From assembly GCA_016882195.1 (NCBI GenBank), contig VGLU01000002.1, positions 107,884-171,883 of the forward strand: DNA of 64,000 nt, given 5' to 3'. Positions 48,308 through 62,172 of the stretch are shown piece after piece. The notes under the pieces were generated by a model that had not been told where the DNA came from, searched no databases, and was given only the letters and a program-made list of their open reading frames with translations. The position numbers and the translations under genes are program-made. This DNA comes from Thermoproteota archaeon. GTDB taxonomy: Archaea; Thermoproteota; Methanomethylicia; Methanomethylicales; Methanomethylicaceae. Each line of letters starts with the position of its first letter. The first letter of the stretch is position 1.

Positions 48308-49462
48308 TCATGCTAGTCTGTCCAGCGCCTCTCTGAGTTTTATAAAGTTGCGGTCCCAATCTGCCCTCTCAAAAACGGTCGATCTCGCATTTCTACTCAA
48401 AGTCTGCCGCAGCTTACTATCCGAAAGGAGCGCGATCAGCGTCGCAGCAAGCTCTTTTTTATCCTTCACAGGAAACAAGATTCCGTTTTCTCCGTTGAGA
48501 ATCCATTCCCTGTTTCCAGGGATATCGCTTACAACCGGTGGCGTTCCAACAACCATTGCCTCCATCAGACTCGCAGAAGAGCCGTCGGTAAGCGATGTCG
48601 AGACGTAAACGTCAGACAACGCCACCATTTTTATTATCTCATCTCTGGATATCCAATTTAAGACAGAAAAGTTACTCGCAAGACCCCGCGTCTCGATCCT
48701 CTCCCTCAATTTAGAGTCCTGCATCCCCCCTCCGATCAGTATGAAACGAGCGTTGTGTATTTTCATTACAACATCTTTCGCGGCCTCTACAAGCGTCTCA
48801 ACGTCATAAATTGGCTCAAATCTCCTTGTGCAAATTATGATCGGATCAGACGCTCCCCATCCCATCTTGGTACGCAGGTCATCTCGTTCTCTCTGATTCT
48901 TCCTTTTCGCAGAGATTGCTACTACCTCTTTGGGATCGAACCAAGGGAATATTATGAGCTTCTTGGGATCACAACCAAGTCTTAAGGCAGCCCTTGCTTG
49001 AACCAAACTGTCTAACAAAACGAGCTTCGCCCTCTTTACGCTAAACATTACTAGTGCCTTATATAGCAGAAATTTTGGTCCAAGTAGAACATCAGAACCC
49101 CAGACAAATAGGACATAATTTTGCTTTGACCAGAGCGCAGAGTAAAAACCATATGTCAAGGCCCAGTTGCCGATAAGAAGGTCATGTTTTATATGCCTTA
49201 GGTACAGATCAAATATGAAAATCCTCGTTACGAAACCTAGCGCTCTGGTAAATACCTTTGAGTAAAATCCCTCTTTATTACTAAATTTAAAGGGCACATC
49301 TGGCATCGTTATGACTTTGGCCTCTGGGACTAGCTCTTTGACGTACTCTTCTGCTTTGGGATCAAAAGTAAGTAGAATGGTTTTATAGTCATGTGAGAGG
49401 TGCTTTAGGAAGAGCACATCATAGGGAGAAGTACCGTGGTTCGCGTAAATAAGGGTCTTCAA
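48308..49462 (-). CDS. GT4 glycosyltransferase
   Basis: WGSDVL, SDVYVSTS, LMEAM, SDIPGNREW. Confidence 0.88.
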   Translation of the reverse strand: MKTLIYANHGTSPYDVLFLKHLSHDYKTILLTFDPKAEEYVKELVPEAKVITMPDVPFKFSNKEGFYSKVFTRALGFVTRIFIFDLYLRHIKHDLLIGNWALTYGFYSALWSKQNYVLFVWGSDVLLGPKFLLYKALVMFSVKRAKLVLLDSLVQARAALRLGCDPKKLIIFPWFDPKEVVAISAKRKNQRERDDLRTKMGWGASDPIIICTRRFEPIYDVETLVEAAKDVVMKIHNARFILIGGGMQDSKLRERIETRGLASNFSVLNWISRDEIIKMVALSDVYVSTSLTDGSSASLMEAMVVGTPPVVSDIPGNREWILNGENGILFPVKDKKELAATLIALLSDSKLRQTLSRNARSTVFERADWDRNFIKLREALDRLA

Positions 49463-49652
49463 CTATTGACACCGTGAACGTTCTATTCTCTCTTTTATAT
49501 CTATGGTATAGTGCATTCTTTTTTAATCTTCGCTCATACTATACTGCAAGACCATTAAAGCACATATTCCCTTTGCAAGCACGCTTCATCATTAAGAGTC
49601 ATGAGCACTTCGGATCTTGCTTGTACAGAAAATGAAACAAAATCGCTTTCCC

Positions 49653-50377
49653 TTACTTCTTTATAACGAACACTAGCCTAGCATATTCTTCGAATGCACA
49701 ACGCTCGTTTCTTGGAGTGAGCTCCCCGCTCTCACTTGCAACCATGATCAAAAAAGAATAGCGGTCGCCAAGGTGCTCGTAAATGCTGTTTGGGGACGTT
49801 GGCGTTTCATGCACAACAAAACACCAGATAGGCATCTCTCGACGCAAAAAATCCTATTTATAAAGTTCTTTACAACTCGAATAGCCCTCCTTGCCCCTGC
49901 ACTCTCAAGCACCCTCTTACGGTAACCTTCTGCTATTTTCTTATTGTTAAGATTCTCGATGTCAAATATGACCACTCCACCAGAACGGGCCACTCTTAGC
50001 ATCTCATCAATCACCACATTCAAATTAGGGAAGTACCAAGTCGAGTGAAAACAGTATACGCAATCGAAGCTGTTGTCTGTATAGTATAAATTTTCTGCAT
50101 CCCCAACCTCGCATTTGATATTTGGGTTTAACCGTCCACACTCTTCAATAAGATCAGAGGAGATGTCCACTCCATAAATTTCATACCCTGTCTTTTGAAG
50201 AAAATCCGCAATAGGATAACCCGTTCCTATTGCGACCTCTAGGAGCTTTGAGCCTGTCGGTACGTTTTTACAGATGTAATTACAGAGATTCCTGTCGTAC
50301 TGGATGAATCCCATCGCTTTTCTTTCTTTAATCCAGTACTTTGAATAAACATCCTTCATGAACGTTTTTCTGTCCAT
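49653..50377 (-). pseudogene. Class I SAM methyltransferase with apparent frameshift at a T6 run (49846-49851)
   Basis: ORF 49748-50377 (LLEVAIGTG, GVDIS, GDAENL) continues in an overlapping frame (49653-49847) from the homopolymer, ending ARLVFVIKK. Confidence 0.6.
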
Positions 50378-50451
50378 AACTTCTCATAATTCTGCCCATT
50401 CATATAGTATTTATCCTTTGCACACGAAGAACTAGCCCTGAGCCTGTAAAA

Positions 50452-51342
50452 TTATTTTTTAGCCTTCACATAGGCCACGTATTTTCTTAAACCCTCCTTG
50501 AATGTGTGTTTTGCCTCCCAGCCGAGAAGCTCCTTGGCCTTGGCGGCGCTGACGATCATCCCTTTGAAGTCTCCGGGTCTAGGTGGCTTATGCTCTATGG
50601 GAATATCGCCGAACATCTCCTTGAGTCTCCCCACAATCTGAAACATCGTTACGAATTCCTTTCCGGAGAGGTTGAATATCTGATTTTTTCCGCCGGGTTT
50701 CATTGCTGCAACATTGCCCTCCACAAGATCCTCGACATAGACCCAGTTCCTTCCCTGACTGCCGTCACCCATTATTGTGATCGGTTCCTTCGACATCGCC
50801 TTTCTCGTAAATATGGCGATGGCCATGTTTGAGCGCATCCTTGGCCCGTATGGGATATCGTACCTCAATATGGTGTATGGGAGACCGTACTGAGAGTTCC
50901 ATGCCGTTAACAGATGTTCCTGCCCAATCTTCGTCTTGGTGTAGACGTGATCGGGGTGAGGTAGCGGCGTATTCTCATCAACCCTCTCCCTGAGCTTCCC
51001 ATAGACCCACGTCGATGATGCCAACAAAACCCTCTCGACCTCCTTAGCCATGCCCGCCCTTACGACATTCAGCGTGCCTACCTCGTTCACCTGTATGCAT
51101 AGTTGGGGATTGGCTATGGCCATGTTGACATCGGCGATGGCCGCGAGGTGGAATATCTGATTCACATCCGTGCAGGCCTCTACAACCTCGTCCTCATTGA
51201 GGAGGCTGCCATTGACCCATTGTACATCCTCGCGGTGCGGCTTCACCTTATCGAACACCCTTACATCGTATCCCTTCTTAATCAGCTTATCCACCAAATG
51301 GCTGCCGATGAAACCTGAACCGCCTGTGACTAAGACGACCAT
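50452..51342 (-). CDS. NAD-dependent epimerase/dehydratase
   Basis: TGGSGFIG, HLAA, ASSTWVYG, YTKTK, GDGSQGR. Confidence 0.9.
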   Translation of the reverse strand: MVVLVTGGSGFIGSHLVDKLIKKGYDVRVFDKVKPHREDVQWVNGSLLNEDEVVEACTDVNQIFHLAAIADVNMAIANPQLCIQVNEVGTLNVVRAGMAKEVERVLLASSTWVYGKLRERVDENTPLPHPDHVYTKTKIGQEHLLTAWNSQYGLPYTILRYDIPYGPRMRSNMAIAIFTRKAMSKEPITIMGDGSQGRNWVYVEDLVEGNVAAMKPGGKNQIFNLSGKEFVTMFQIVGRLKEMFGDIPIEHKPPRPGDFKGMIVSAAKAKELLGWEAKHTFKEGLRKYVAYVKAKK

Positions 51343-51353
51343 CTTTCTCCCTC

Positions 51354-52490
51354 CTAGGATAACTCTTCCTTTAACGTATTAATAACATACTCCGCGTCCT
51401 CTTTTGGCATATCTGCATATATTGGCAACTCCACCATCCGTGCACAGACATCTTCTGCGACTGGGAAGTCTCCCTCCTTCACTCCCAACAGTTTCCGATA
51501 TGCCGGTTGCATATGAAGAGGCGGCCAGTAGACCTCGCCGCCACATCTGACCCCCTTCTCACGCATCCTCTTCTTGAAACCATCACGGTCGATGCCCTTC
51601 CTCAACAGGATCGTGTATTTGTAGTAGTTGTGGACGAAGCCCTCGGGGACCTCTATCAACTCTACCCTCTCAAAATTCGAGAGTTCCCTGTCGTACAACC
51701 GTGCCACAATGTTGCGCTTCTCAATTATCTCGGGTAACCGCTTCAACTGAGAGAGGCCTATGGCGGCGCTTATCTCATTCAGTCGCCAGTTGTATCCCAG
51801 CTCCACGATTATATTGCTGTTGAAGGACTCCTTACCTTGGTCTCTCAACACTCTGGCCTTCTCAACAACCTCTTGGTCGTCAGTTGTTATTATGCCTCCC
51901 TCGGCGGTAGTCATGACCTTTGTTGGATAGAAACTGAAGCATCCCGCCGTGCCGAAGGAACCAGCGAACCTTCCAAAGGCCTTGCAACCTTGGGCGTGGG
52001 CCGCGTCCTCTACCAATGCGATTTTTTTATCCTCGCAGATCTCCTTTATCGCCCTGATATCAGGGCAGATGAGCCCGCCAATATGAACTACCATAACCGC
52101 CTTCGTTTTATTTGTTATGGCGCCCTTCACGTCCTCCTCTCCTATACAGAGCGAGCTGGCTTGAACATCGGTGAATACTGGCTTGCCGCCAGCAAAAACT
52201 ATGGAAGCAGCGGTGGCCGTGAAGGTGTTTGTAGGGACTATGACCTCCCAACCTCTCAGTCTTAAAGAACGGAGTACGATCTCCAAGGCACTGGTGCCTG
52301 AGTTTACTGCTACCCCGTATTTCATTCCATGATAGCTGGCATAATCCTCCTCAAATTTTTTGGTGTACTCCCCCATCGTGAGCATACCGCTACTAAGTAT
52401 CTTCTCCACGTCGATCTTAATGGACTCTATGTCCTCGGGCAAGAAGTAAAGCCTCAAAGGCGGAACATTCCTCAAAATGATCCCTCGCAA
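51354..52490 (-). CDS. DegT/DnrJ PLP aminotransferase
   Basis: NSGTSAL, VEDAAHAQG, SFYPTKVMTTAEGG. Confidence 0.9.
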   Translation of the reverse strand: MRGIILRNVPPLRLYFLPEDIESIKIDVEKILSSGMLTMGEYTKKFEEDYASYHGMKYGVAVNSGTSALEIVLRSLRLRGWEVIVPTNTFTATAASIVFAGGKPVFTDVQASSLCIGEEDVKGAITNKTKAVMVVHIGGLICPDIRAIKEICEDKKIALVEDAAHAQGCKAFGRFAGSFGTAGCFSFYPTKVMTTAEGGIITTDDQEVVEKARVLRDQGKESFNSNIIVELGYNWRLNEISAAIGLSQLKRLPEIIEKRNIVARLYDRELSNFERVELIEVPEGFVHNYYKYTILLRKGIDRDGFKKRMREKGVRCGGEVYWPPLHMQPAYRKLLGVKEGDFPVAEDVCARMVELPIYADMPKEDAEYVINTLKEELS

Positions 52491-52658
52491 TGGAATAGTG
52501 TAATTATTATAATATTAATTGTTTTGGGAGAACTCCAATCTATTTAAGCCTTTATAGTTACATGTCATTTCTTCTAGAACACATCACAAAAACAAGACGT
52601 AGCACCGCAATTGTAAAACGATCTGATGGCAACTACACATCAACTAGAACTCAATCGA

Positions 52659-53639
52659 TCACTGCCCTTCTTGTAGTCCTAGCTCCCGATTGACCTCATC
52701 CATCTTAAGTTCCTCAAGGTCTCTCAAATGTCTCAGCACTATGCCGATGGACTTTAGGAAGTATGTGGTTGCTCTTGCGTCCCTGCTCGAGAATGATTTA
52801 CCAAGGCAGAAAAGAAACTTCCCGAGTTGGGATCGGAGGAGAACGGTGAAACTTCCAAAGTCATGAGGCATATTCTTGAAGAATAAATAGAAACTGTAAA
52901 CGTTGCACATCTTTATGCGGGCATAATTGGTCATGCGCGCCTCCATCGAGGTCTTATGCACAAGCCTAGCAGTCGGGACGCAGAAGAGCCTGTCTGTAAA
53001 CCTCTTGTGAACGCGGTATGAAAAGTCAAGATCCTCCTTACAGGCCCATCTTAATAGCGCCTCATCAAAATGGAAATAATTGAACACCATGCGTCTGTAA
53101 CTCTGGTTACTTCCGGCGAGACGCTCGCACACAAACGGGTGGTCTTGATTGTATGGCAGAACCTCCTCTGTTGAGGAAAGCACCCTTACCCTACGATCAT
53201 ATCTGTAGTGAGTTAGAGCAAAAAACGCTCGAAAGGCATTATTTCGTCCTGTTATCGGGAGATCGTTGATGGTTGTTCCCTGTGCACCAACGGCCTTTGG
53301 GTGCGACTCGTAGAAACTACGGATCTCCGACAGATAGTTGGGCGCCAACTCAACATCATCATCTATGAAGAGTATGATATCTCCGGAGGTCTTACTACTC
53401 CCGATATTGCGGGCCACGGTCAAGCTCCGTGCTCGAGTATTTCGAAAATAAATAAACGTCGTCCCTTGTTTCTTGAACTCGTCCTGATAGGATCTGACGA
53501 GCTCCTCCGTCTCGTTCTCGCTGCTATCGTCTATCACCACCACTTCATGGGGAGCCTCAGACTGCCGTAAGAGCGATAACAAAGCGTCCTGAAGATCCTT
53601 CTCACGTTTATAGGTGGCTATTACGACAGAGATCTCCAT
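52659..53639 (-). CDS. GT2 glycosyltransferase
   Basis: ISVVIATYKR, VVIDDS, ARNIG, FIDDD, EDLDFSYR. Confidence 0.9.
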   Translation of the reverse strand: MEISVVIATYKREKDLQDALLSLLRQSEAPHEVVVIDDSSENETEELVRSYQDEFKKQGTTFIYFRNTRARSLTVARNIGSSKTSGDIILFIDDDVELAPNYLSEIRSFYESHPKAVGAQGTTINDLPITGRNNAFRAFFALTHYRYDRRVRVLSSTEEVLPYNQDHPFVCERLAGSNQSYRRMVFNYFHFDEALLRWACKEDLDFSYRVHKRFTDRLFCVPTARLVHKTSMEARMTNYARIKMCNVYSFYLFFKNMPHDFGSFTVLLRSQLGKFLFCLGKSFSSRDARATTYFLKSIGIVLRHLRDLEELKMDEVNRELGLQEGQ

Positions 53640-53739
53640 AACTTTTAGATCCGACTGTTACGGATAAAAAGCTGTCCCCCCCACAAAACTATTTAAAATT
53701 CGGGCAATACTATGGGCAACTTGGGGGTTAACAGAGACA

Positions 53740-55143
53740 ATGATCAGATTGGCCTTGGTGAGCCTCAACCAGACCTCCTCTGATCCCCCGCTCGGTCTGG
53801 CGTATCTAGCCTCATACCTAAGGAAAAACATGGAGATCGATGTCGTCATCGTGGATAAAGAAGACCTCCTTGCCGGAACCGTAAGGTCAAAGCCCGATGC
53901 TGTGGGCATATCCGCGATGTCTACAGAATACCCGGTTGCGAGAAGTCTTGCTAGGGCCTTGCGACAGGAATTGGAAGTCCCGCTAATGCTTGGGGGCCAT
54001 CACATCACCGCCATGCCATCCCATGTCGTTGACTTTGACGTCGGCATCATTGGCGAAGGAGAACAGACTCTGTTGGAGGTCATGTGTCTCATCGAGATGG
54101 ATGGGGGTCTAAGCCAAGACAAGTTAAAGTTGATAAAAGGCGTGGCGGGGCACGGCTTTGTAACTGAAAGGAGGGGCCTGATCGATCCAATCGACGCGAT
54201 CCCCTATCCCGCAAGGGACCTTCTGAGGATGAAGGACGTTTATCTTGTACCCAGAAGGCTCGATTTTAGCAAGTTCTCGGTTGGCACCACTCTGTTCACG
54301 AGCAGGGGGTGCCCATACGATTGCACGTTCTGTTCCTCTTGGTGCTTCTGGGGGAGGAAGATCCGCTTCCACTCCGCCGGGTATGTGGTGGGCGAGATAA
54401 AGGAACTGGTTGACAGATGGCACGTAAAGGAATTCCTCATTTATGACGATCTGTTTGCCATGAACTTGAAGCGGCTTGAGGACATTGTCAATAAACTAGG
54501 GGAAGAAGGACTGCGAGGTGAAGTCGAATTCCTTGCTCTTGGCCGAGCAAATCTCATCAACGATAAGGTATGCGACCTGCTCAAGAGGATGGGCGTCCGA
54601 ACCATGGGCTTTGGCCTTGAGTCTGGCTCGGAGAAGACGCTTAGCTTTCTAAAAGGCAAGAGCGTTACGGTAAAACAGAACTGGGACGCGGTAAGGCTCT
54701 GCAAGAAATACGGCTTTAATGTCACGGGTAGCTTTATTATAGGCAATCCTGGCGAAACCGAGGAGGATCTCGAGCAAACCTACAAGCTTATGGCAAGTCC
54801 CTACATAGACTTTATAGAACTGAACCAGCTCACCCCTCTGCCTGCAACCGAGCTGTGGGACTTTGCCAAGTCAAAGGGGCTGGTCGACGACTCTCCAGAC
54901 TTTGACTACACTAAACTCTTCGTCACCCACTTCAAGTCCGACTTTTATCTGGGCGACCTAGACATCAAGACGTACCACAAATGGTTCGAGAAACTGGAGG
55001 TCTTGAAGCGACAGAAGAATTATCGGAGACTGACTATTAATCTCGCTTTCTTAAAGTGGATCTTTAACCCTGCCTTTATCAAAAAGGCGATGCGCCATCT
55101 CAATGAGATCCCGACCTACATCCGAAACGTATTCAGACACTAA
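53740..55143 (+). CDS. Cobalamin-binding radical SAM protein (class B)
   Basis: PPLGLAYLASYL, GGHHIT, GEGE, TSRGCPYDCTFC, GLESGS, FIIGNPGET. Confidence 0.9.
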   Translation: MIRLALVSLNQTSSDPPLGLAYLASYLRKNMEIDVVIVDKEDLLAGTVRSKPDAVGISAMSTEYPVARSLARALRQELEVPLMLGGHHITAMPSHVVDFDVGIIGEGEQTLLEVMCLIEMDGGLSQDKLKLIKGVAGHGFVTERRGLIDPIDAIPYPARDLLRMKDVYLVPRRLDFSKFSVGTTLFTSRGCPYDCTFCSSWCFWGRKIRFHSAGYVVGEIKELVDRWHVKEFLIYDDLFAMNLKRLEDIVNKLGEEGLRGEVEFLALGRANLINDKVCDLLKRMGVRTMGFGLESGSEKTLSFLKGKSVTVKQNWDAVRLCKKYGFNVTGSFIIGNPGETEEDLEQTYKLMASPYIDFIELNQLTPLPATELWDFAKSKGLVDDSPDFDYTKLFVTHFKSDFYLGDLDIKTYHKWFEKLEVLKRQKNYRRLTINLAFLKWIFNPAFIKKAMRHLNEIPTYIRNVFRH

Positions 55144-55176
55144 AAAATGAAAGGCACGCAAAATAAAAATCTCAGG

Positions 55177-55251
55177 TGGGCCCGGAGGGATTCGAACCCT
55201 CGACCAACAGATTATGAGTCTGTCGCTATGGCCGGACTAAGCTACGGGCCC
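55177..55251 (-). tRNA. tRNA with CAT anticodon, most likely tRNA-Ile2 (agmatidine-modified)
   Basis: GGGCCCG/CGGGCCC acceptor; ACAGA-CTCATAA-TCTGT; body closely resembles the tRNA-Ile(GAT) at 19642-19716. Confidence 0.88.
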
Positions 55252-55410
55252 TCGCATGAAAAAACACACTTCGTGAATTTATCCCTTTTGGGTCTGGCTC
55301 TGATTCAAAAAACACACGCCGCAGGCTATGTTTGGTCTTCTATACATTAAAAACATCCAAAACCTCATTACCCGAACCATTGAAGTGCGACGGGTCTCCT
55401 CCACCGCGTT

Positions 55411-56484
55411 TTACATTTTTAGTGCGTACTCAAAAATATCTGAAAACCGCTTTTCATAGGTATGCTCTCTCAGAACCCTTTCATAGCCTCTCTGGGCTAT
55501 TTCCTCCCTCTCCCCTTCGTTTGCCAAATAATACTTTATCTTCTCGGTGGCGTCATCCATGTCTTGATAGGTTACGATCTCCTTACCTGACGTGAGGTAC
55601 TCTGCTATCTCCCTTGTATCTTTTGTTAGCAGCAGGCTTCCGCACCCCACCGATTCAAAATCTCTTCCTTTAACACAAAAGACTCTTTCATCCGTCCAAG
55701 CAAACGATATGTTTAGAATTATCTTACTCTGATTGAATATCTTTATCAGATCCGACTGTGTAACTCTGCCACCTTCTCTCCAGCCCTGCCCAAAAGCCGC
55801 TACATTTATCCCCTTCTTTCTTAAAGTCTCAACAAAATTCTCTCTCTCGCCGTAACATCTTCCTACAAAACACACGTCGTATTTCTTTGGTAGGTTCAAT
55901 TTTCTATAAATAAAATGGTTGTAGCCCCACTGGCTCAGGAACACGTTATTGAAGCCTTCTCTTATCCTTCTCTCATAACCGTTCTTTTCGGTCGTAACAA
56001 CGAGGTTGAATAGTTCCCAAACAGCCCTCTCACTTTCGTAGTTTACGTGATCATCAGACAACCAAATAACCGTCTTAGTAGGCAACTCTTCGGAGATCTC
56101 CTTTATAACGTCATGACTGATCCAGTCATGATAATGACAGTAGAACAGGACGTCGGGCTGATAGTAGTAGACCGCCTCGCGCAGAATTTTGGACATCTTT
56201 TCAAGACCAAATCTTTGTTTTAACCGGTCGCTAACAAAGTAGATCAAGGAAAGGTCCATGTTGAGAAGAGTGTAAAAGAAATTGTAGTGCTCAAAACTTA
56301 ATCCCATGTTTTTCTTTTCATAATCGTACCTGGTGCCTATGTACAAAATCTTCTTTTTACCCTGTTTTATATGCCTCTCCAGCTCCTCCTCCATTAACAC
56401 CTCAATTGAGCGATTGTCTAACATCCCGCGAAAACGGTCTAACCCTCTGTAGCCTTTGCCTATGGCCCTGCTTAATACGTCCAT
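55411..56484 (-). CDS. CgeB-family glycosyltransferase
   Basis: WLSDD, YDVCFVG, SKIILN, KGRDFE..GCG, REHTYEKR. Confidence 0.82.
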   Translation of the reverse strand: MDVLSRAIGKGYRGLDRFRGMLDNRSIEVLMEEELERHIKQGKKKILYIGTRYDYEKKNMGLSFEHYNFFYTLLNMDLSLIYFVSDRLKQRFGLEKMSKILREAVYYYQPDVLFYCHYHDWISHDVIKEISEELPTKTVIWLSDDHVNYESERAVWELFNLVVTTEKNGYERRIREGFNNVFLSQWGYNHFIYRKLNLPKKYDVCFVGRCYGERENFVETLRKKGINVAAFGQGWREGGRVTQSDLIKIFNQSKIILNISFAWTDERVFCVKGRDFESVGCGSLLLTKDTREIAEYLTSGKEIVTYQDMDDATEKIKYYLANEGEREEIAQRGYERVLREHTYEKRFSDIFEYALKM

Positions 56485-56631
56485 GTTCTCACCTTTAGAA
56501 AGGTCAATCCCATAACGCTCAAATGCTTCCTTTGGTTCTCTCTTAAATTAACTTTAACCCTCTTCCTCTACCTTGTCTAACCCAAACCGCTTCTGGTCTG
56601 CCAATGCCTTAACTGCTCATTATTTCTGTCA

Positions 56632-59471
<2,840 letters not shown>

Positions 59472-59718
59472 CCTCTCTTTCTAATCCTTTCACCACAATA
59501 AATATTTTTTACTCTACGGCGTCTTTTGATAGTTTAATAATTTCTTCCTTATACCATAATTGATGTGCTTAAACCCTCTTAGTATGTTGTTTGTACCTCC
59601 TTCTGGGAGAAAACGCAGGCTATTTGCTGCTTACCATAATGGCATCTTTCATGAACAATGAAAACTTGTCTTAAATAATCCGTAAGTCCTTTTATTGCCG
59701 TAATACAGAGTAATTAAT

Positions 59719-60486
59719 ATGCGAAAGTTCAACAGCATAAGCTATGTGGTGCTTAGATGGGCAAGGGAAGTGGCCGATCCCATCAAATTCATAACGTCAG
59801 GTCCAAGGTACTTGGACTTTTTTATGGATTGGCACCGGTATTCCAGGCTGAAAGGTGCTGAGCCTATCAAGATCTCCGAGACATGGCCGTGCATTCACGA
59901 TAAGACGGAAACGACCGATTTTGATCATCACTATTTCTATCAGGACATATGGGCCTTCAACAAAATTTACAAATCAAAAGTTGACTGCCATGTCGATGTC
60001 GGCTCACTAGTCTACTTTGTTGGCTTCTTGACGAGAATCACAAAGGTGATCTTTATCGACATCAGACCATTGATGGCGACTCTTGATAATTTTGAATCGA
60101 GAAGGGGCAGCGTACTCTCCTTGCCGTTTGAGGACAGCTCCGTGAAGTCCTTATCCTGCCTTCATGTGGCTGAGCACATAGGTCTAGGGAGATATGGTGA
60201 TCCACTCGAGCCGCTTGGGACAAAGAAGGCGTGCAAAGAGTTATCCCGGATCCTGGCCGTAAATGGGAATCTTTATTTCTCAATACCCGTCGGCAGGCCT
60301 AGGCTGTGCTTCAACGGTTGCCGCGTCCACGCCCCAAGGCAAATAGTTGAATACTTCAATGATCTCGAACTCGTCGAGTTCTCAGGAGTAGACGATGGTG
60401 GAAACTATCTGAATAATATTGATCTGTCAAAATTGGAAGATTCCGATTATGCATGTGGGTTCTTTTGGTTCACGAAGAAAAAATGA
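59719..60486 (+). CDS. DUF268-like methyltransferase-fold protein
   Basis: HYFYQDIWA, HVDVGS, SLSCLHVAEHIGLGRYGDP. Confidence 0.75.
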   Translation: MRKFNSISYVVLRWAREVADPIKFITSGPRYLDFFMDWHRYSRLKGAEPIKISETWPCIHDKTETTDFDHHYFYQDIWAFNKIYKSKVDCHVDVGSLVYFVGFLTRITKVIFIDIRPLMATLDNFESRRGSVLSLPFEDSSVKSLSCLHVAEHIGLGRYGDPLEPLGTKKACKELSRILAVNGNLYFSIPVGRPRLCFNGCRVHAPRQIVEYFNDLELVEFSGVDDGGNYLNNIDLSKLEDSDYACGFFWFTKKK

Positions 60487-60624
60487 GCCCTCCAAATCGC
60501 AACCGATCGCTCTCGCCCAAACTCTCGCGATTATGGCGCATTTTGCCAAACGAGAGAAGGATGATTATGCAAAATATAATATTATGTTATGCCGTGATAG
60601 CATAATTGTTAGTGGGGTACAACC

Positions 60625-62172
60625 TTGACCGGCAATGCGCCAACCGAGGATCGCCTTGGGCTGAACGTTCGCCTTAGGTACGCCTCCATCTTGAACTACG
60701 TCCTGAACATCGGAGGCATCTTCTTTGGATTCCTCTTCATCACCTTGGTGGCTAGAAGACTGACCGTAGAGGAGTACGGCGTCTGGGTCATGATATTGAG
60801 GTATGTTAGCTACCTCATAATACCTGGCGCGATCTACTCGTATTGGTTGCCCCGAAACATCAGCAGGGGTCAGAACACGTCCAGAACCGGGCTCTACACC
60901 TCGATTGTCTTTGGCTTTATCTTAGTGCCCTTCTACTTCCTAATGGTTCAGACAGTCTCGAGGGAACTGGATCAGCCCATATTCCCCTTGGCACTATCTT
61001 CCATCATCCTCCTCCTCGAATACATAAACACCTCCTTGGGCCCCATATCTTCTGGTCACGCACCGCAGATCACCGGATATGGGACTCTTGTTCTTAAGAT
61101 CGGTCAGGCGGTCTCTGCCTACCTGCTCATAGGCTTCTGGTCACTCGGGCTGGCGGGTGCCGTAATCGCCGCCGTGATAGGCAGAGTCTGCTTGAACGTC
61201 GTCTCCTTAATGATGAACAGGCACATCCTAAGGGGTTCAAGGTTCGATCCATCTGTACTCCGCTCGTGGCTCAGGGCGTCTTGGCTACCAATTTTTGCTG
61301 CCATCACACTCTTCATACCCACCTTCGACGTAGTCGTCGTGAGGATCTTCTTTGGTAGCGAGGTGCCTGTTGCCTATTACGGCATAGCGACGGGCCTGCT
61401 ATCCATCGCGCTTGTAACTGCCGTCGTATCGACCTCTCTATATCCAAAGATACTTGCGAAGAGGAATCTGGAGGATCTGAGGGAGGGGATCTGGTTGATA
61501 CTACTGCTGTCTCTGCCGGTTCTCTACCTCATCCTGCTCTACGCAGAGCCGTTATCTGCCTTATTCGGGGTGAAATATCTGCCGGTGGCCTGGCCTTTGC
61601 GGGTCCTCGCCGTGGCCTCCCTGCTCCAGCTGCTCTCTGGACTTGCGGGGATAGCCTACTTTGGACTGGAGGGCGCAGACGAGGAGGCCCTTTCGTCGAA
61701 GATTCTGCTCAGGTCTGCCATATTTAAGAGCAACTTGGTGAACTTCATCATTGGCTTACTCTATTTGGCCTCTTTGGCGGCGCTCTCCTTCTTGGCTCTT
61801 ACCGCAACGTCGTACGTGGAGCTCTGGGGGGTAGCCTCGATAATCTCTTATGCCCTCTCATTTGTTATCCTAACAATGTTGATCAAGAGGGACTTCGGTC
61901 AAACCTTCCCCTTCCGAACCATTGCAAGAGATTTTGTAACCTTCACAGTGCCTGCCATTCCCATGTGCATTCCATTCCTGTTGTTCAGAGTGCAGGTGGC
62001 GGAGATCTTCTACCAGATGGTATTGAACCTAATCCCTCCGGCTCTTGCGTCTCTTCTGCTTTACTTTGCGACGTTATACGCTATAGAAGGTAAGTTCAGG
62101 TCTACGGTAAGGGATGCCGTAAGGAGGCTCCTCTTCATCAATAACAAACAAAGAAATGGCATTGGTACCTGA
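60625..62172 (+). CDS. MOP-superfamily oligosaccharide flippase
   Basis: About 12-14 TMs; ARRLTVEEYGVW, VAYYG, LYPKIL, LFGVKY; lies in the glycan cluster. Confidence 0.78.
   Translation: MTGNAPTEDRLGLNVRLRYASILNYVLNIGGIFFGFLFITLVARRLTVEEYGVWVMILRYVSYLIIPGAIYSYWLPRNISRGQNTSRTGLYTSIVFGFILVPFYFLMVQTVSRELDQPIFPLALSSIILLLEYINTSLGPISSGHAPQITGYGTLVLKIGQAVSAYLLIGFWSLGLAGAVIAAVIGRVCLNVVSLMMNRHILRGSRFDPSVLRSWLRASWLPIFAAITLFIPTFDVVVVRIFFGSEVPVAYYGIATGLLSIALVTAVVSTSLYPKILAKRNLEDLREGIWLILLLSLPVLYLILLYAEPLSALFGVKYLPVAWPLRVLAVASLLQLLSGLAGIAYFGLEGADEEALSSKILLRSAIFKSNLVNFIIGLLYLASLAALSFLALTATSYVELWGVASIISYALSFVILTMLIKRDFGQTFPFRTIARDFVTFTVPAIPMCIPFLLFRVQVAEIFYQMVLNLIPPALASLLLYFATLYAIEGKFRSTVRDAVRRLLFINNKQRNGIGT

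Noticed and set aside
52499-52521. Third copy of the acs/amiE dyad upstream of degT
   Set aside because: Only a half-site (TGTAATTAT) in AT-rich promoter DNA; likely chance.
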